Source of the DNA: an archaeon CG10_big_fil_rev_8_21_14_0_10_43_11
GTDB taxonomy: Archaea > Nanobdellota > Nanobdellia > PEZQ01
DNA: 64,000 nucleotides
Direction of reading: 5' to 3'
Assembly (NCBI GenBank): GCA_002763265.1
Contig: PEZQ01000003.1
Span: 19,761 to 83,760 of the forward strand
The notes under the pieces are model-generated. The model saw only the letters and a program-made list of their open reading frames with translations, had not been told where the DNA came from and ran no database searches. The stretch's first letter is position 1, and every line of letters begins with the position of its first letter. This document shows positions 29,888-39,227 of the stretch, piece after piece. The translations under genes were made by a program, and so were the position numbers.

Positions 29888-31021
29888 ATGCCAAAACAAT
29901 CAAAAGCAAAACAACCACAGAAACCAGAAGAACCATCTAAAGAAGATGTTCTTAAAGCTATGCAAGCCCAAAAAGCAGCCCAAGACGCAAACGTGCCAGG
30001 CATGGGAAACCTCTCTGGTGTTGAGCTTTTGCAAAAAATGCACCGCATGCAGGAAGAACTTGGCACAAAACAAGGAATGAAACGCACTGCAGGCGACATT
30101 CTCAAAGAACGTGAACTCAAAATCCTCAACGAGTACTCAGTAAAAGTTGTGCAAAAATTTGGCAGATATATCAAAAGTGTAGTTGCCTTTGGTTCAACAA
30201 AACGAGGCAAAAACTCAGACATTGACGTTGCCGTTATTGTTGATGATACTGATGTTACCCGTATGACGCGCGGACAACTCAAAGACAAACTCTTCCAGCG
30301 CCTTATTGAAGTAGCGTACGTCACTGACAAAAAAATACACCCCCAACCCTACTTGCTTACTGAATTTTGGGAATACATCCGCCATGGAAACCCGGTCATG
30401 TACACGGTGATGCGAACAGGCATCCCCTTATATGACACTGGCTTTTTTCTTCCTGTACAGCTTATTTTTAAACAAGGACTTATCACTCCTTCAAGCGAAG
30501 CAATTGACCGGCACATTCTCATGTCAGTAGAACTGCTTCGCCTCACTGAAGACATGCTTAATCGCAAACTCATTTACAACATGGAACAAAGCATTGTAGC
30601 AGCAGGCCAAGCCGTGCTCATGGAACGCGGGTACCGCCCCCCTGCACCGCGTGAAATTGCTGATTTTCTAGAAAAACTTGTTGGAGAAAAGTTGTTTGCA
30701 CAAAAATATGCCGATATTGCACGAGAAATTGTTGACGTGTACAAACAAACCGAACATGGCACGCTCAAAGAGATTAAGGGCAAAGCAATTGATGATTATC
30801 TTGCAAAAACAACTGATTTTGTGAAGAAAATGGAAGATGTTCTCTCAAAAGAACGAAAAAAGAAAGGCGAAACGTACAAATTTAAGATTGCTGAAGACAA
30901 AGAGAAAGAAGAAAGCAAAAAGGTTAAAAGAGAAGGACTCATAGATGTTGAACGCAAACCAGTAGCAGAAACTGCAGACGAATCACAAAAAATCATTGAA
31001 GAAGGTCTTGCACAACGATGA
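29888..31021 (+). CDS. Minimal nucleotidyltransferase with HEPN-like domain (paralog of 27829-28620)
   Basis: AFGS...SDIDVAVIVDD. Shares FWE..R.G.PV and D.GFF.P.Q motifs with the paralog. Confidence 0.85.
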   Translation: MPKQSKAKQPQKPEEPSKEDVLKAMQAQKAAQDANVPGMGNLSGVELLQKMHRMQEELGTKQGMKRTAGDILKERELKILNEYSVKVVQKFGRYIKSVVAFGSTKRGKNSDIDVAVIVDDTDVTRMTRGQLKDKLFQRLIEVAYVTDKKIHPQPYLLTEFWEYIRHGNPVMYTVMRTGIPLYDTGFFLPVQLIFKQGLITPSSEAIDRHILMSVELLRLTEDMLNRKLIYNMEQSIVAAGQAVLMERGYRPPAPREIADFLEKLVGEKLFAQKYADIAREIVDVYKQTEHGTLKEIKGKAIDDYLAKTTDFVKKMEDVLSKERKKKGETYKFKIAEDKEKEESKKVKREGLIDVERKPVAETADESQKIIEEGLAQR

Positions 31022-31299
31022 CAGACAAAAAAGTAGCAAAACAAAGCGCACGAATACTTAATTACCGTCAAGGTCGAAGAACCCAAACCCCAAACCAAAT
31101 CATTCTCAATATTGGGGCAAAAAGCAAAGAAGACGCAAACAAATACCTAGGCAGAAAAGTCGTGTACACCACATCAAGCGGAAAAGAACTCCACGGCGTT
31201 ATTACCCGTGTGCACGGAAATTCTGGCGCAGTTATTGCTCGATTTTCAAAAGGTCTTCCAGGACAAGCACTTGGCAAAGATGTAGCACTTTTTAGCTAA
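31018..31299 (+). CDS. rpl35ae: 50S ribosomal protein L35Ae
   Basis: GVITRVHGNSGAVIARF..GLPGQALG. Confidence 0.95.
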   Translation: MTDKKVAKQSARILNYRQGRRTQTPNQIILNIGAKSKEDANKYLGRKVVYTTSSGKELHGVITRVHGNSGAVIARFSKGLPGQALGKDVALFS

Positions 31300-31364
31300 T
31301 TATCCTTGCATAGTGGGGTTAGAGTACAAGTATTAATTTAAATTGTTCTCACAACAACTAGAGC

Positions 31365-33374
31365 ATGAACAAGCCCTTGCTCTCGTATAAACGAAAAACA
31401 CTTGCAGACCAGTTATCTGAGTGGGATCAAAAAACGCCTGTTTTGGACCATTTTTTCAAAGAAGGCAAAAATCAGCATTCTAATGAGTCACGAACAGTTC
31501 TTCTGATGAGCCAATACCGTGATGGTGTGATGGTAAGCGCAGATTCAATGACCTCAGCAGGCTTTCGCCAGGCAACTCTTTCGTCTCAAAAGGTCTCATA
31601 CCTTAATCCGCTTGTTATAAGCGCGGGAACAGGCTATGTTTATCCTCTCTACGAGATTGAAGCAATCACCCAACGTGCTTCAGCAAAAGAAATGGCTTTT
31701 CGCCAAATCTCGCTTGGCCTTGACAATCCAAAAAGCATTCCCCGCGTTGAGGAGCTTGCAGAATTCAGTTCCAGCGTATTCAAAAAGCTTGCATACTTTT
31801 ATCCTATGCACCTGGGTGTTCTTCTTATGGGAGGTATGAACGCAGAAAACCAGCCAGCACTTTATTCTTCAGAATCTCCTGGCGCCATGTTTCACTTTAA
31901 TAATGTGTTTGACCGGCATGCAGCAGGGGCGCATGATGCACCCCTTCTCTTTGCTGTTGATGGGTGCGGGTATAATGAGACTGGTAAAGAAATTCGCGAC
32001 CTTACTGAGGATGATACCTCTTTTTTCAAATACAAAACGCGCAACTCGTTTACGCGAGAAAAATCGCTTATTGCACACCTAAAAGCAACTACTGCGTCAT
32101 TTAAGGATAAAGACGGCAGCACTCAGGGTGTTGGCGGAAATGTGTATCTTGCCTACATCCACAACAATAATGGCCGGTTTGAGCCACACTTTGATGTGTT
32201 TGATTACAAAAAAATAACAACATGGAAAGACGAGTTTAACACGCTTGAGCTTCTTATCAAAAAAGATGAAGCAATTGATAATGTGGAGGGCATTGGTGAT
32301 ATTAATGCATTCATTGATTCCTTGCGTGCAGAATATAATGGAACCACACTCCAATACAATGGCGAACACAACCACTTTTCAGCGCCATTTACGCCGTTTT
32401 ACCGCGTTCAGGCGTTCAAGCCTGATACGCACCGATTGAATACAATTTTTGACATTAAAATCCCGCATTCAACTATGAAATTTAGCGTGTCAAAAACAGG
32501 AAGTGATTCATTTGATTCTGCGGCGTTTGGAAATGTATATGGAAAAGCGCTTGGCGCACTCAGACAAGGAGAAACACCCTTTGAACAGTCATCAATGCTC
32601 GCGTTCAAATTCAATTCAACCCCTGACCCGGTTGAACAAAATTCTTTGTTCAAAACACTTCCAAGTGTTGGCCTGTTCCGTCTTGACCCCCCACACCTGC
32701 GCAACTACGAGCACGCTACAATCCTTAACTTTGACTATGGCGAAGTTGGTTTCGGCTCGTTTTATGTGACGGGTATGCACAAACTTCTTTCACGAACCCC
32801 TGAAATCCTTGTTAACCAGCTTTTTATTGATCACGCACTTAGTGACATAACGCGAAACCTCCCTTTGCGCGCAAACATTGAAGAAAACTTTCCTGTGCTT
32901 GAAAGCCATCTTCGATATTACCTTGAATTTGATAGTGCAGACTTTTTGCAAGACAAATCAAGCGCGTATGTAGGCATTATTGGTGAAATACAAAATGACG
33001 CAACCATTAATTTGTGGGAAAGCTCGCCTCTTGGTGTTGGTTTTAGAAAAACCAATGACGCACTTGCAATCATGCCAGAACAAGCGCACGCATCAAAGCT
33101 TGAAGAACTCATGGTAAAACACGTTGTGAATAATGAACAGTCAAACCAGGATGATATTGCCCTTACCAAAGGCCTTGCTTATTTTGTTCAAGCTCACTAT
33201 CATGGACACGCACTGCGCTCATATGACAAGATTTCAAAAGATCTTAACACACGCCTTTCAATTCGGGTTCCCGCATTTAACCGCGCGTCATACAACAGCG
33301 TTGTGCAACAAAAGAAGAAAGAATGGTTTATTGACCGTTCTCTTAAATACCTCAAAAGCGTGACAAAACGATAA
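31365..33374 (+). CDS. Proteasome-like Ntn-hydrolase: beta-like N-half fused to alpha-like C-half
   Basis: T44/D60/K76/G90 match beta T1/D17/K33/G47 spacing. The C-half has ALGALRQG..SSMLAFKF and LWESSPLG, resembling the alpha subunit. Confidence 0.7.
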   Translation: MNKPLLSYKRKTLADQLSEWDQKTPVLDHFFKEGKNQHSNESRTVLLMSQYRDGVMVSADSMTSAGFRQATLSSQKVSYLNPLVISAGTGYVYPLYEIEAITQRASAKEMAFRQISLGLDNPKSIPRVEELAEFSSSVFKKLAYFYPMHLGVLLMGGMNAENQPALYSSESPGAMFHFNNVFDRHAAGAHDAPLLFAVDGCGYNETGKEIRDLTEDDTSFFKYKTRNSFTREKSLIAHLKATTASFKDKDGSTQGVGGNVYLAYIHNNNGRFEPHFDVFDYKKITTWKDEFNTLELLIKKDEAIDNVEGIGDINAFIDSLRAEYNGTTLQYNGEHNHFSAPFTPFYRVQAFKPDTHRLNTIFDIKIPHSTMKFSVSKTGSDSFDSAAFGNVYGKALGALRQGETPFEQSSMLAFKFNSTPDPVEQNSLFKTLPSVGLFRLDPPHLRNYEHATILNFDYGEVGFGSFYVTGMHKLLSRTPEILVNQLFIDHALSDITRNLPLRANIEENFPVLESHLRYYLEFDSADFLQDKSSAYVGIIGEIQNDATINLWESSPLGVGFRKTNDALAIMPEQAHASKLEELMVKHVVNNEQSNQDDIALTKGLAYFVQAHYHGHALRSYDKISKDLNTRLSIRVPAFNRASYNSVVQQKKKEWFIDRSLKYLKSVTKR

Positions 33375-33377
33375 ATC

Positions 33378-35387
33378 ATGGAGCCACAACAGTACAGCGC
33401 AAAGGTGCTCTTGCACCTTCTTGACCTTCAAAAAGATACGTTTGAGCATGCGCAATCATCTCCTCTTAAATCAGCGTACGCGCGCTACCTTTCTGCAGTG
33501 TTTTCTGAAACCAATTCGTTTTACAAATATGTTGCAACAAGCATTGGTGAGAAAACACAAGATCTGCACTACTGGATTCGCATCAAAGACTCGCTTGATT
33601 TTGCTATCACTGCCTTAAGCGTTGCTGAATCAGGTCATGCCGTGCTCAAAGACTTAAGCAGGGATTCGCGTTCATTTAACCGGCTCAAAAACAATATGTC
33701 TCTTGAAGCGCTCAGCGAACGTACCGGCGCATCCTATGCGTCATGGCATGATGTTAAAGAGGATATTGACCGTCTTATTGCGTTTAATTATGGTGTGTGC
33801 GCAAAAACTATTACTGATGTTATTTCATTTTCAGATGACTTGTATGCATCTGTGCAATCACTTGGCTGGGACAGTACTGAAGCACTTGCAAATCTTGAAC
33901 TGCTTGAAAAAATAGAACTGCTCAAACGCAGAATTGCCGGGCAAGGCTCATTTGTTGAGCGAACCAATTTTGACTATTCACGATTATGGTCGCTTGTGTC
34001 AAAAAACAAGATTAACAAGGAAAACGCGCTTGAACTCTTTGATAAAACACTCACTAAATCGTTTAATGCGTTTAAACGAACCTATGAGAAAAAAGAATCC
34101 ATATTCAAAAAAGCCATTGGCGAAGTTGAGTTTATGGAAGAGAAACTCGGACACGTAAGCGTGCTCACAAGCATAATTGAAAATAATACCGGACCAATTA
34201 ACCGGTACAAAAAAACGTTTGAAAAAGTAATACCAAAGCTTGCCCAAACAAAACCGCTCTTTTATGCTCCTGCACTAGACCTTGTTTGGGACATGCTTAA
34301 TCAGACAAAAAATGCACTTTTTGATGTGTATACAAGTAAGAGCCAACGAGAAGACTATGGTCTTTTACCACTCAAGCCCCATGACCCTACCGCGGGTCTT
34401 AATAACGATGAGTGGCTTGCCTTCTGGAAGTTTATTGGACAAAGCACCATTAAAACTGCTGCGCTCTTTTGTGAACATGAACACATGCAGGTAACCGCAA
34501 CGCTTGAAGGTCTGCTTACCATTCCTGACGTTATTATTTCAGAAAAACAAGTCGAGCGCGCAAAGCCCGTTCTTTGCTCGCTTAATTCTGAACTTACCGC
34601 GCTTGCAAACCACCCTTTTTTTACGAGTGACACCTCAGAACTTGATGACATGTTTCTTAGCTCATTTAGTAAGGTGTATGCAATGAGTTACTTGGTCCGC
34701 TGGTTTAAAACAAAAAACGCAGAGAAACTGCCTGAAATTATAGAAGAAATCCAGCGTGAATTTGAAAACTCCCTGCCCGCTAATCCAAAAGAACGGGCAG
34801 AACACGTTTCGCGCGTTATAACTAAAATACATTCGCTTGTTGATTCCGAAAGGTATGGTATTCCTCTTGAAGAATCCCACACCATGCTAAGCGTGCTTGA
34901 TAAGTTTGCCCTTCATGATGGGGATAGCGTGATTGAAGACTTCTACACTGACTTTTATTCAAAATACAACAAATTCATGCAAAAATCAGAAGCATATGCA
35001 AGTGTTGCCCGCAAAGTTCCGACACTCGTTCCTGCGCTCAAAGAATCGCTTGAACAATCATTTGAAGCATTTAATTTTGAAGGCTACTACGAACACGTGA
35101 TTGCAGACTTGCTTCGAATGAAACACGCACTTGAAGAGCACAGCACAAAAATCACGCCAAACACGTATGACAAACGCCAACAAGACCTTATTTCAGGCGA
35201 AGAAACACTCTACTCTGATAACGTTGAAGTGCGCTGCTGGTTTCAGGCACTCTCAGCGCTCAATGATATAACAGAACCATACTCAGACCATGAAATCATG
35301 ATGGAGCTTTCAAGAAAAGCAAAGCACTTGCTTGATAACACCAAAGAAACCTCAAAAGCACTTGACCGACTGCGAACCATGAAATAA
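33378..35387 (+). CDS. Large all-helical hypothetical protein
   Basis: 669-aa ORF starting 3 bp after the previous stop. No recognised motif. Confidence 0.8.
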   Translation: MEPQQYSAKVLLHLLDLQKDTFEHAQSSPLKSAYARYLSAVFSETNSFYKYVATSIGEKTQDLHYWIRIKDSLDFAITALSVAESGHAVLKDLSRDSRSFNRLKNNMSLEALSERTGASYASWHDVKEDIDRLIAFNYGVCAKTITDVISFSDDLYASVQSLGWDSTEALANLELLEKIELLKRRIAGQGSFVERTNFDYSRLWSLVSKNKINKENALELFDKTLTKSFNAFKRTYEKKESIFKKAIGEVEFMEEKLGHVSVLTSIIENNTGPINRYKKTFEKVIPKLAQTKPLFYAPALDLVWDMLNQTKNALFDVYTSKSQREDYGLLPLKPHDPTAGLNNDEWLAFWKFIGQSTIKTAALFCEHEHMQVTATLEGLLTIPDVIISEKQVERAKPVLCSLNSELTALANHPFFTSDTSELDDMFLSSFSKVYAMSYLVRWFKTKNAEKLPEIIEEIQREFENSLPANPKERAEHVSRVITKIHSLVDSERYGIPLEESHTMLSVLDKFALHDGDSVIEDFYTDFYSKYNKFMQKSEAYASVARKVPTLVPALKESLEQSFEAFNFEGYYEHVIADLLRMKHALEEHSTKITPNTYDKRQQDLISGEETLYSDNVEVRCWFQALSALNDITEPYSDHEIMMELSRKAKHLLDNTKETSKALDRLRTMK

Positions 35388-35391
35388 AAAA

Positions 35392-35509
35392 GTGTTAACA
35401 GTTTACCATGTTCCCAAATTGAATTCAGTACAGATGATAACGCACATGGGCTTAACTTCCGAGTTCGAAAAGGGATCGGGTGTTTCCCCACACACTTTGA
35501 CCGTTAACG
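35392..35509 (-). rRNA. rrf: 5S rRNA (stand-alone)
   Basis: CACCCGATCCC...CGAACTCGGAAGTTAAGCCC conserved 5S core and GTTAAC terminal stem. TATA near 35532-35539. Confidence 0.93.
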
Positions 35510-35619
35510 TTGAGCTACAAGTTATGAGGAGTATTTAAAGATTACTCAGGGGTGGGAGAGTGGGAAAAACCTTTAAGTGTTCTTAGCAGTATACTATTGG
35601 TACGTTGGAGAAACTGCTA

Positions 35620-36399
35620 ATGACCAAATTTTCTTTAAAAAATATCGTTACCAGTGTGTTTGTTTTCACTGTTATTATTATTTTCATTGCCGTTGCTTTT
35701 GTTATAACAAAGAGCGTCTTCACGTCTCAGATAGGTAACCTGTTTGGAGGTTACTCTTTTGAGGATGTTCAAGTAACAACCACTACCTATGCATGCCCGT
35801 TAGACACAAATCTTAGCACGGGTTACGTGTATGTGAGAGGGTATGGTGATCATAATCCCAACACGTTTTCTTCGGGAAAAGAACTCATCAGCAATGCTCC
35901 GTTTTTTGATTTTGACTACGACCCGTCACGCACCCTTAGCGAGTTGAGTGCAGAGTTTATCTATCAATTCAATACGTTTGCCCAAAGCGCTGATGTTGAA
36001 AAACTTATTATCTTTGCACATAGCGCAGGCGGCGTGATTGCGTCTTTTTCAGCAAATAAACTTATCTTTGAGGGCGTGCTTGAGGTCCACACACTTGCCT
36101 CTCCGCTCAATGGCTATCATCTTTCTGAATCACTTATTGACTACTCTGGTTTTGCCAAAGAAATCGCGCTTGGGTTTTGGGCGTTTACAAAACCCGATGA
36201 AAACGTGCGCGTGTACCATCATAAAACAGTTGAAGATGCATCCTTACGCTCCTGGTGCGCCGTATTTTCTCGTTTTTGCGACCCACTTAAAATCCAGAAC
36301 AATAACGTGCCGGGCAGCGCAGAATATTATTATCCTGAACAAAACCATATCTCCATTGTAAGCCACGTCTCAAACGTAGTGATTAACTGCTATGCATAA
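35620..36399 (+). CDS. Membrane-anchored alpha/beta hydrolase (lipase/esterase-like)
   Basis: N-terminal TM, VYVRGYG oxyanion strand, AHSAGG elbow, TLASP and C-terminal His. Confidence 0.75.
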   Translation: MTKFSLKNIVTSVFVFTVIIIFIAVAFVITKSVFTSQIGNLFGGYSFEDVQVTTTTYACPLDTNLSTGYVYVRGYGDHNPNTFSSGKELISNAPFFDFDYDPSRTLSELSAEFIYQFNTFAQSADVEKLIIFAHSAGGVIASFSANKLIFEGVLEVHTLASPLNGYHLSESLIDYSGFAKEIALGFWAFTKPDENVRVYHHKTVEDASLRSWCAVFSRFCDPLKIQNNNVPGSAEYYYPEQNHISIVSHVSNVVINCYA

Positions 36400-36485
36400 G
36401 CTTTCATTTGGTTAAAGATTCCACCTGCAACACGCGTGTGAGCCGTGAAAAACATATTTAAATTCCTGACTTGCTCCTAGCTTCA

Positions 36486-36911
36486 ATGGAAGTTATGTTT
36501 GTTCCTGAAATCTACGTGTATGGTGAGAAACATGACTGTCAAGAATGCGTTTCACGCGAACACTTTTATCTTAGTTATCTGCGCGCCGAATACCCTGAAG
36601 CCCTCGTTGGCGTGGGTCTTGAAATTCTTGTACACAAAGGAAAACAAGACTATAAACAACTGCGCAAATTTCAAAAAAAACATGCACGCGTTTTTGAAGC
36701 AGCACGCGAAAATGGTTTTGATGTGCTTGCCCTTGGCTTTCCTGAGCTTCCTTTTTTTGACCACCTCAAACGACTTGGAGAGCGCATCCGTGATGCTGCA
36801 CAAGACTATGACCTCTTTGTAGCAATTGTGGGCATGGATGACTATGAATATTTTGAATCCCTCCCTCGTGTTCAAGGATGTTATTATATCCCAATCCACC
36901 TCTTACATTAG
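36486..36911 (+). CDS. Hypothetical protein, ChaN/EreA-like motifs
   Basis: YVYGEKHD...VGLE...AIVG. Confidence 0.55.
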   Translation: MEVMFVPEIYVYGEKHDCQECVSREHFYLSYLRAEYPEALVGVGLEILVHKGKQDYKQLRKFQKKHARVFEAARENGFDVLALGFPELPFFDHLKRLGERIRDAAQDYDLFVAIVGMDDYEYFESLPRVQGCYYIPIHLLH

Positions 36912-36956
36912 CATCGCCCAAAAGGCTTTTATAGCGTCATACCGTCAGGGTGCGCA

Positions 36957-37874
36957 ATGAAACACGTGCATCACTATGATGTGAGCGGAAACTTTGTACA
37001 TGACTGGCAGAACTCAGGCTTTAGTGCTGGGCGCGTAAGCCAGGCAGGCAAACTTGTTGAACGAATGTTGCAAGACAAAGATTGTACTATCTTTATGAGT
37101 GTTGCAGGCGCTCTCATCCCTTCAGGCATGCGAAACGTGCTTGGCAGCTTTCTTAAAAACGCGTGGGTTGATGCGCTTGTTGTAACTGGAGCAACTCTTA
37201 CTCACGACCTTGCTGAAGCACTTGGCTACAAACACTTTATGGGCACGCACAACGCGGATGACGCAAAACTGCACGAAAAACGACTTGACCGCGTGTGGGA
37301 TGTGTACTTTGACGACCACTCATATGAAGGCATTGAAGACTTCTGTAAAAAAGTATTCAAAAACCTTGAAAAAAAATCATACTCTTCAAAAGAGATTATC
37401 TGGAAACTAGGCGAGCACATAACTGATGAAAACAGTCTGATTCGCCAATCCTATCTTAAACAAATCCCCATTTACTGCCCCGCGCTTGTTGATTGCGGTC
37501 TTGGCATGCAAGTGTGGACGTACGCAAAAGAGTATGGCTTTAGTGTTGACCCCTTTAAAGACTGGGACGAGCTTGTTGCACACCACGTGTGGACTGCAAA
37601 AAAGACCGGCGTCATCCTGCTTGGCGGCGGCGTGCCAAAAAACTTCATACTTCAAGCACAACAATTCAATGATGCTACGCATGGCTACGCGCTCCAAATC
37701 ACTACCGCCGACGTAAACGACGGTGGACTGAGTGGCGCTGAACTTCGCGAAGGCATTAGCTGGGGAAAACTCAGCAAAGACAGTGAAGTTGTTGACGTGC
37801 GAGCAGACATAACCCTTGTTCTTCCCATTATTGTTGATTATCTCAAAAAACAGGGCGTAACACGCATTAGCTAG
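36957..37874 (+). CDS. dys: Deoxyhypusine synthase
   Basis: GGGVPKN and GGLSGA.LREGISWGK (catalytic Lys). Confidence 0.93.
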   Translation: MKHVHHYDVSGNFVHDWQNSGFSAGRVSQAGKLVERMLQDKDCTIFMSVAGALIPSGMRNVLGSFLKNAWVDALVVTGATLTHDLAEALGYKHFMGTHNADDAKLHEKRLDRVWDVYFDDHSYEGIEDFCKKVFKNLEKKSYSSKEIIWKLGEHITDENSLIRQSYLKQIPIYCPALVDCGLGMQVWTYAKEYGFSVDPFKDWDELVAHHVWTAKKTGVILLGGGVPKNFILQAQQFNDATHGYALQITTADVNDGGLSGAELREGISWGKLSKDSEVVDVRADITLVLPIIVDYLKKQGVTRIS

Positions 37875-37910
37875 GGGAAATACTTTAATCTGCAGATTAT
37901 CCTACGTTTT

Positions 37911-39227
37911 ATGATGCAAAGCAATTTGTCTGATTCATCAGTGGTTCATCAAACAAGCTTTGGTGATGAGCACAGTGTTAAACACGTTTCAGACTACATT
38001 CAAGAAAAGCTTGGAGAATGCGGCTTGTGTCTTGAAGAACTCTGCAACACAAACATACTTGACCAGCCGCTGTCACAAATGCGCGGTTACAAACCAGATT
38101 CAGTAGCGTACTTGCATGCAAAAGATGTTTTTCAAAAACACTTCTCACGAAGCGCGCGTCTTGCCCGTTTTGTTTTTGACTTTGCACACGCGTATCGCAT
38201 TCTTAACAAACAAGACGGGTCCGTAGAAGATTCTGTTGAACAATCACTAGACTACCTGATACACCACCTTCATGTTAACCAGCACGACCTATACCCCGAG
38301 TTTGCACAACCAAAAAAACGAAACCCCCGCGCGTATATGCGTTTTAGAATGAACAAACCCGCTTTTTTTGAAGCGCGATTCAAACAATACGCAACAAAAT
38401 CTCTCAAACCACTTTTTGAACTCTTGCACACCACACGAGAACTGCACGGCGCAGAAAATATGCTTATTACCCAACTTGAAACTGCAAGCAATGGAAACAT
38501 GACCTACCTTACAAAACCTCGCGTGCACGAGTATTTGCGCACGTACCTTTCTAATAACGTAATTACTCACCACGAGATTGACCAACTTTCAGACGTGATT
38601 GACCATTATGCACAACAAAAAATCGCGTTTAATAACCCCTTGCGAAAAACATTCCCGCTCGCTATCAAATTTCTCAAACCATTCGATTTACAACACCTTG
38701 AAACAGCTCTTGAAGGAAGTCCGCTTCTCAAACCATTTGAGCAAGCACTCAGAGCATATGCGCGGAGTGGAGAGCACCTCCAAAACTACGTGCTTAACAA
38801 GGGAAAAGGCACTGCTTCATTTGAATTTGGCTTTAATGATGAGGGCATTGCTCTTTTTCGGATAATGTTACTCTCGCAAGCAGACACACACAACCTGTTT
38901 GAAAACGTGATGCGCTCCCTTTTGAGCGGGGGTCATGGAAACCTGCGCTACATACAAGAAAGCACGGCTTCGTTTCTCGAGCGCTTTCCCGAAGAACCCT
39001 TCCTGCGCGACACGTACCTTGCTGATAAGTATCCGCTCTCACTTGTTATTGATGAAAACTCATTTGCCCTAAACGCGACACTTCCTCTTCTTAGACCGGG
39101 TATTGTTCGCTATGCATTTAAATCACAAAACGAAGAACACATATTCCTGCGTCAACTTGACGCACTCAAGCGCGTCTTGCGTTGCGCACCTCAACCGCTT
39201 GAAAGCTTTGAGAAACTTCCGCTTTAG
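37911..39227 (+). CDS. Hypothetical protein
   Basis: 438-aa ORF with upstream TATA-like element. No recognised motif. Confidence 0.75.
   Translation: MMQSNLSDSSVVHQTSFGDEHSVKHVSDYIQEKLGECGLCLEELCNTNILDQPLSQMRGYKPDSVAYLHAKDVFQKHFSRSARLARFVFDFAHAYRILNKQDGSVEDSVEQSLDYLIHHLHVNQHDLYPEFAQPKKRNPRAYMRFRMNKPAFFEARFKQYATKSLKPLFELLHTTRELHGAENMLITQLETASNGNMTYLTKPRVHEYLRTYLSNNVITHHEIDQLSDVIDHYAQQKIAFNNPLRKTFPLAIKFLKPFDLQHLETALEGSPLLKPFEQALRAYARSGEHLQNYVLNKGKGTASFEFGFNDEGIALFRIMLLSQADTHNLFENVMRSLLSGGHGNLRYIQESTASFLERFPEEPFLRDTYLADKYPLSLVIDENSFALNATLPLLRPGIVRYAFKSQNEEHIFLRQLDALKRVLRCAPQPLESFEKLPL

Noticed and set aside
31365..35387. Both adjacent ORFs are exactly 669 aa, suggesting a duplication
   Set aside because: No shared motifs are visible and the predicted secondary structure differs. 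Treated as coincidence.
35243..35491. 82-aa minus-strand ORF
   Set aside because: Overlaps the 5S rRNA and the antisense of the upstream gene, so it is spurious.
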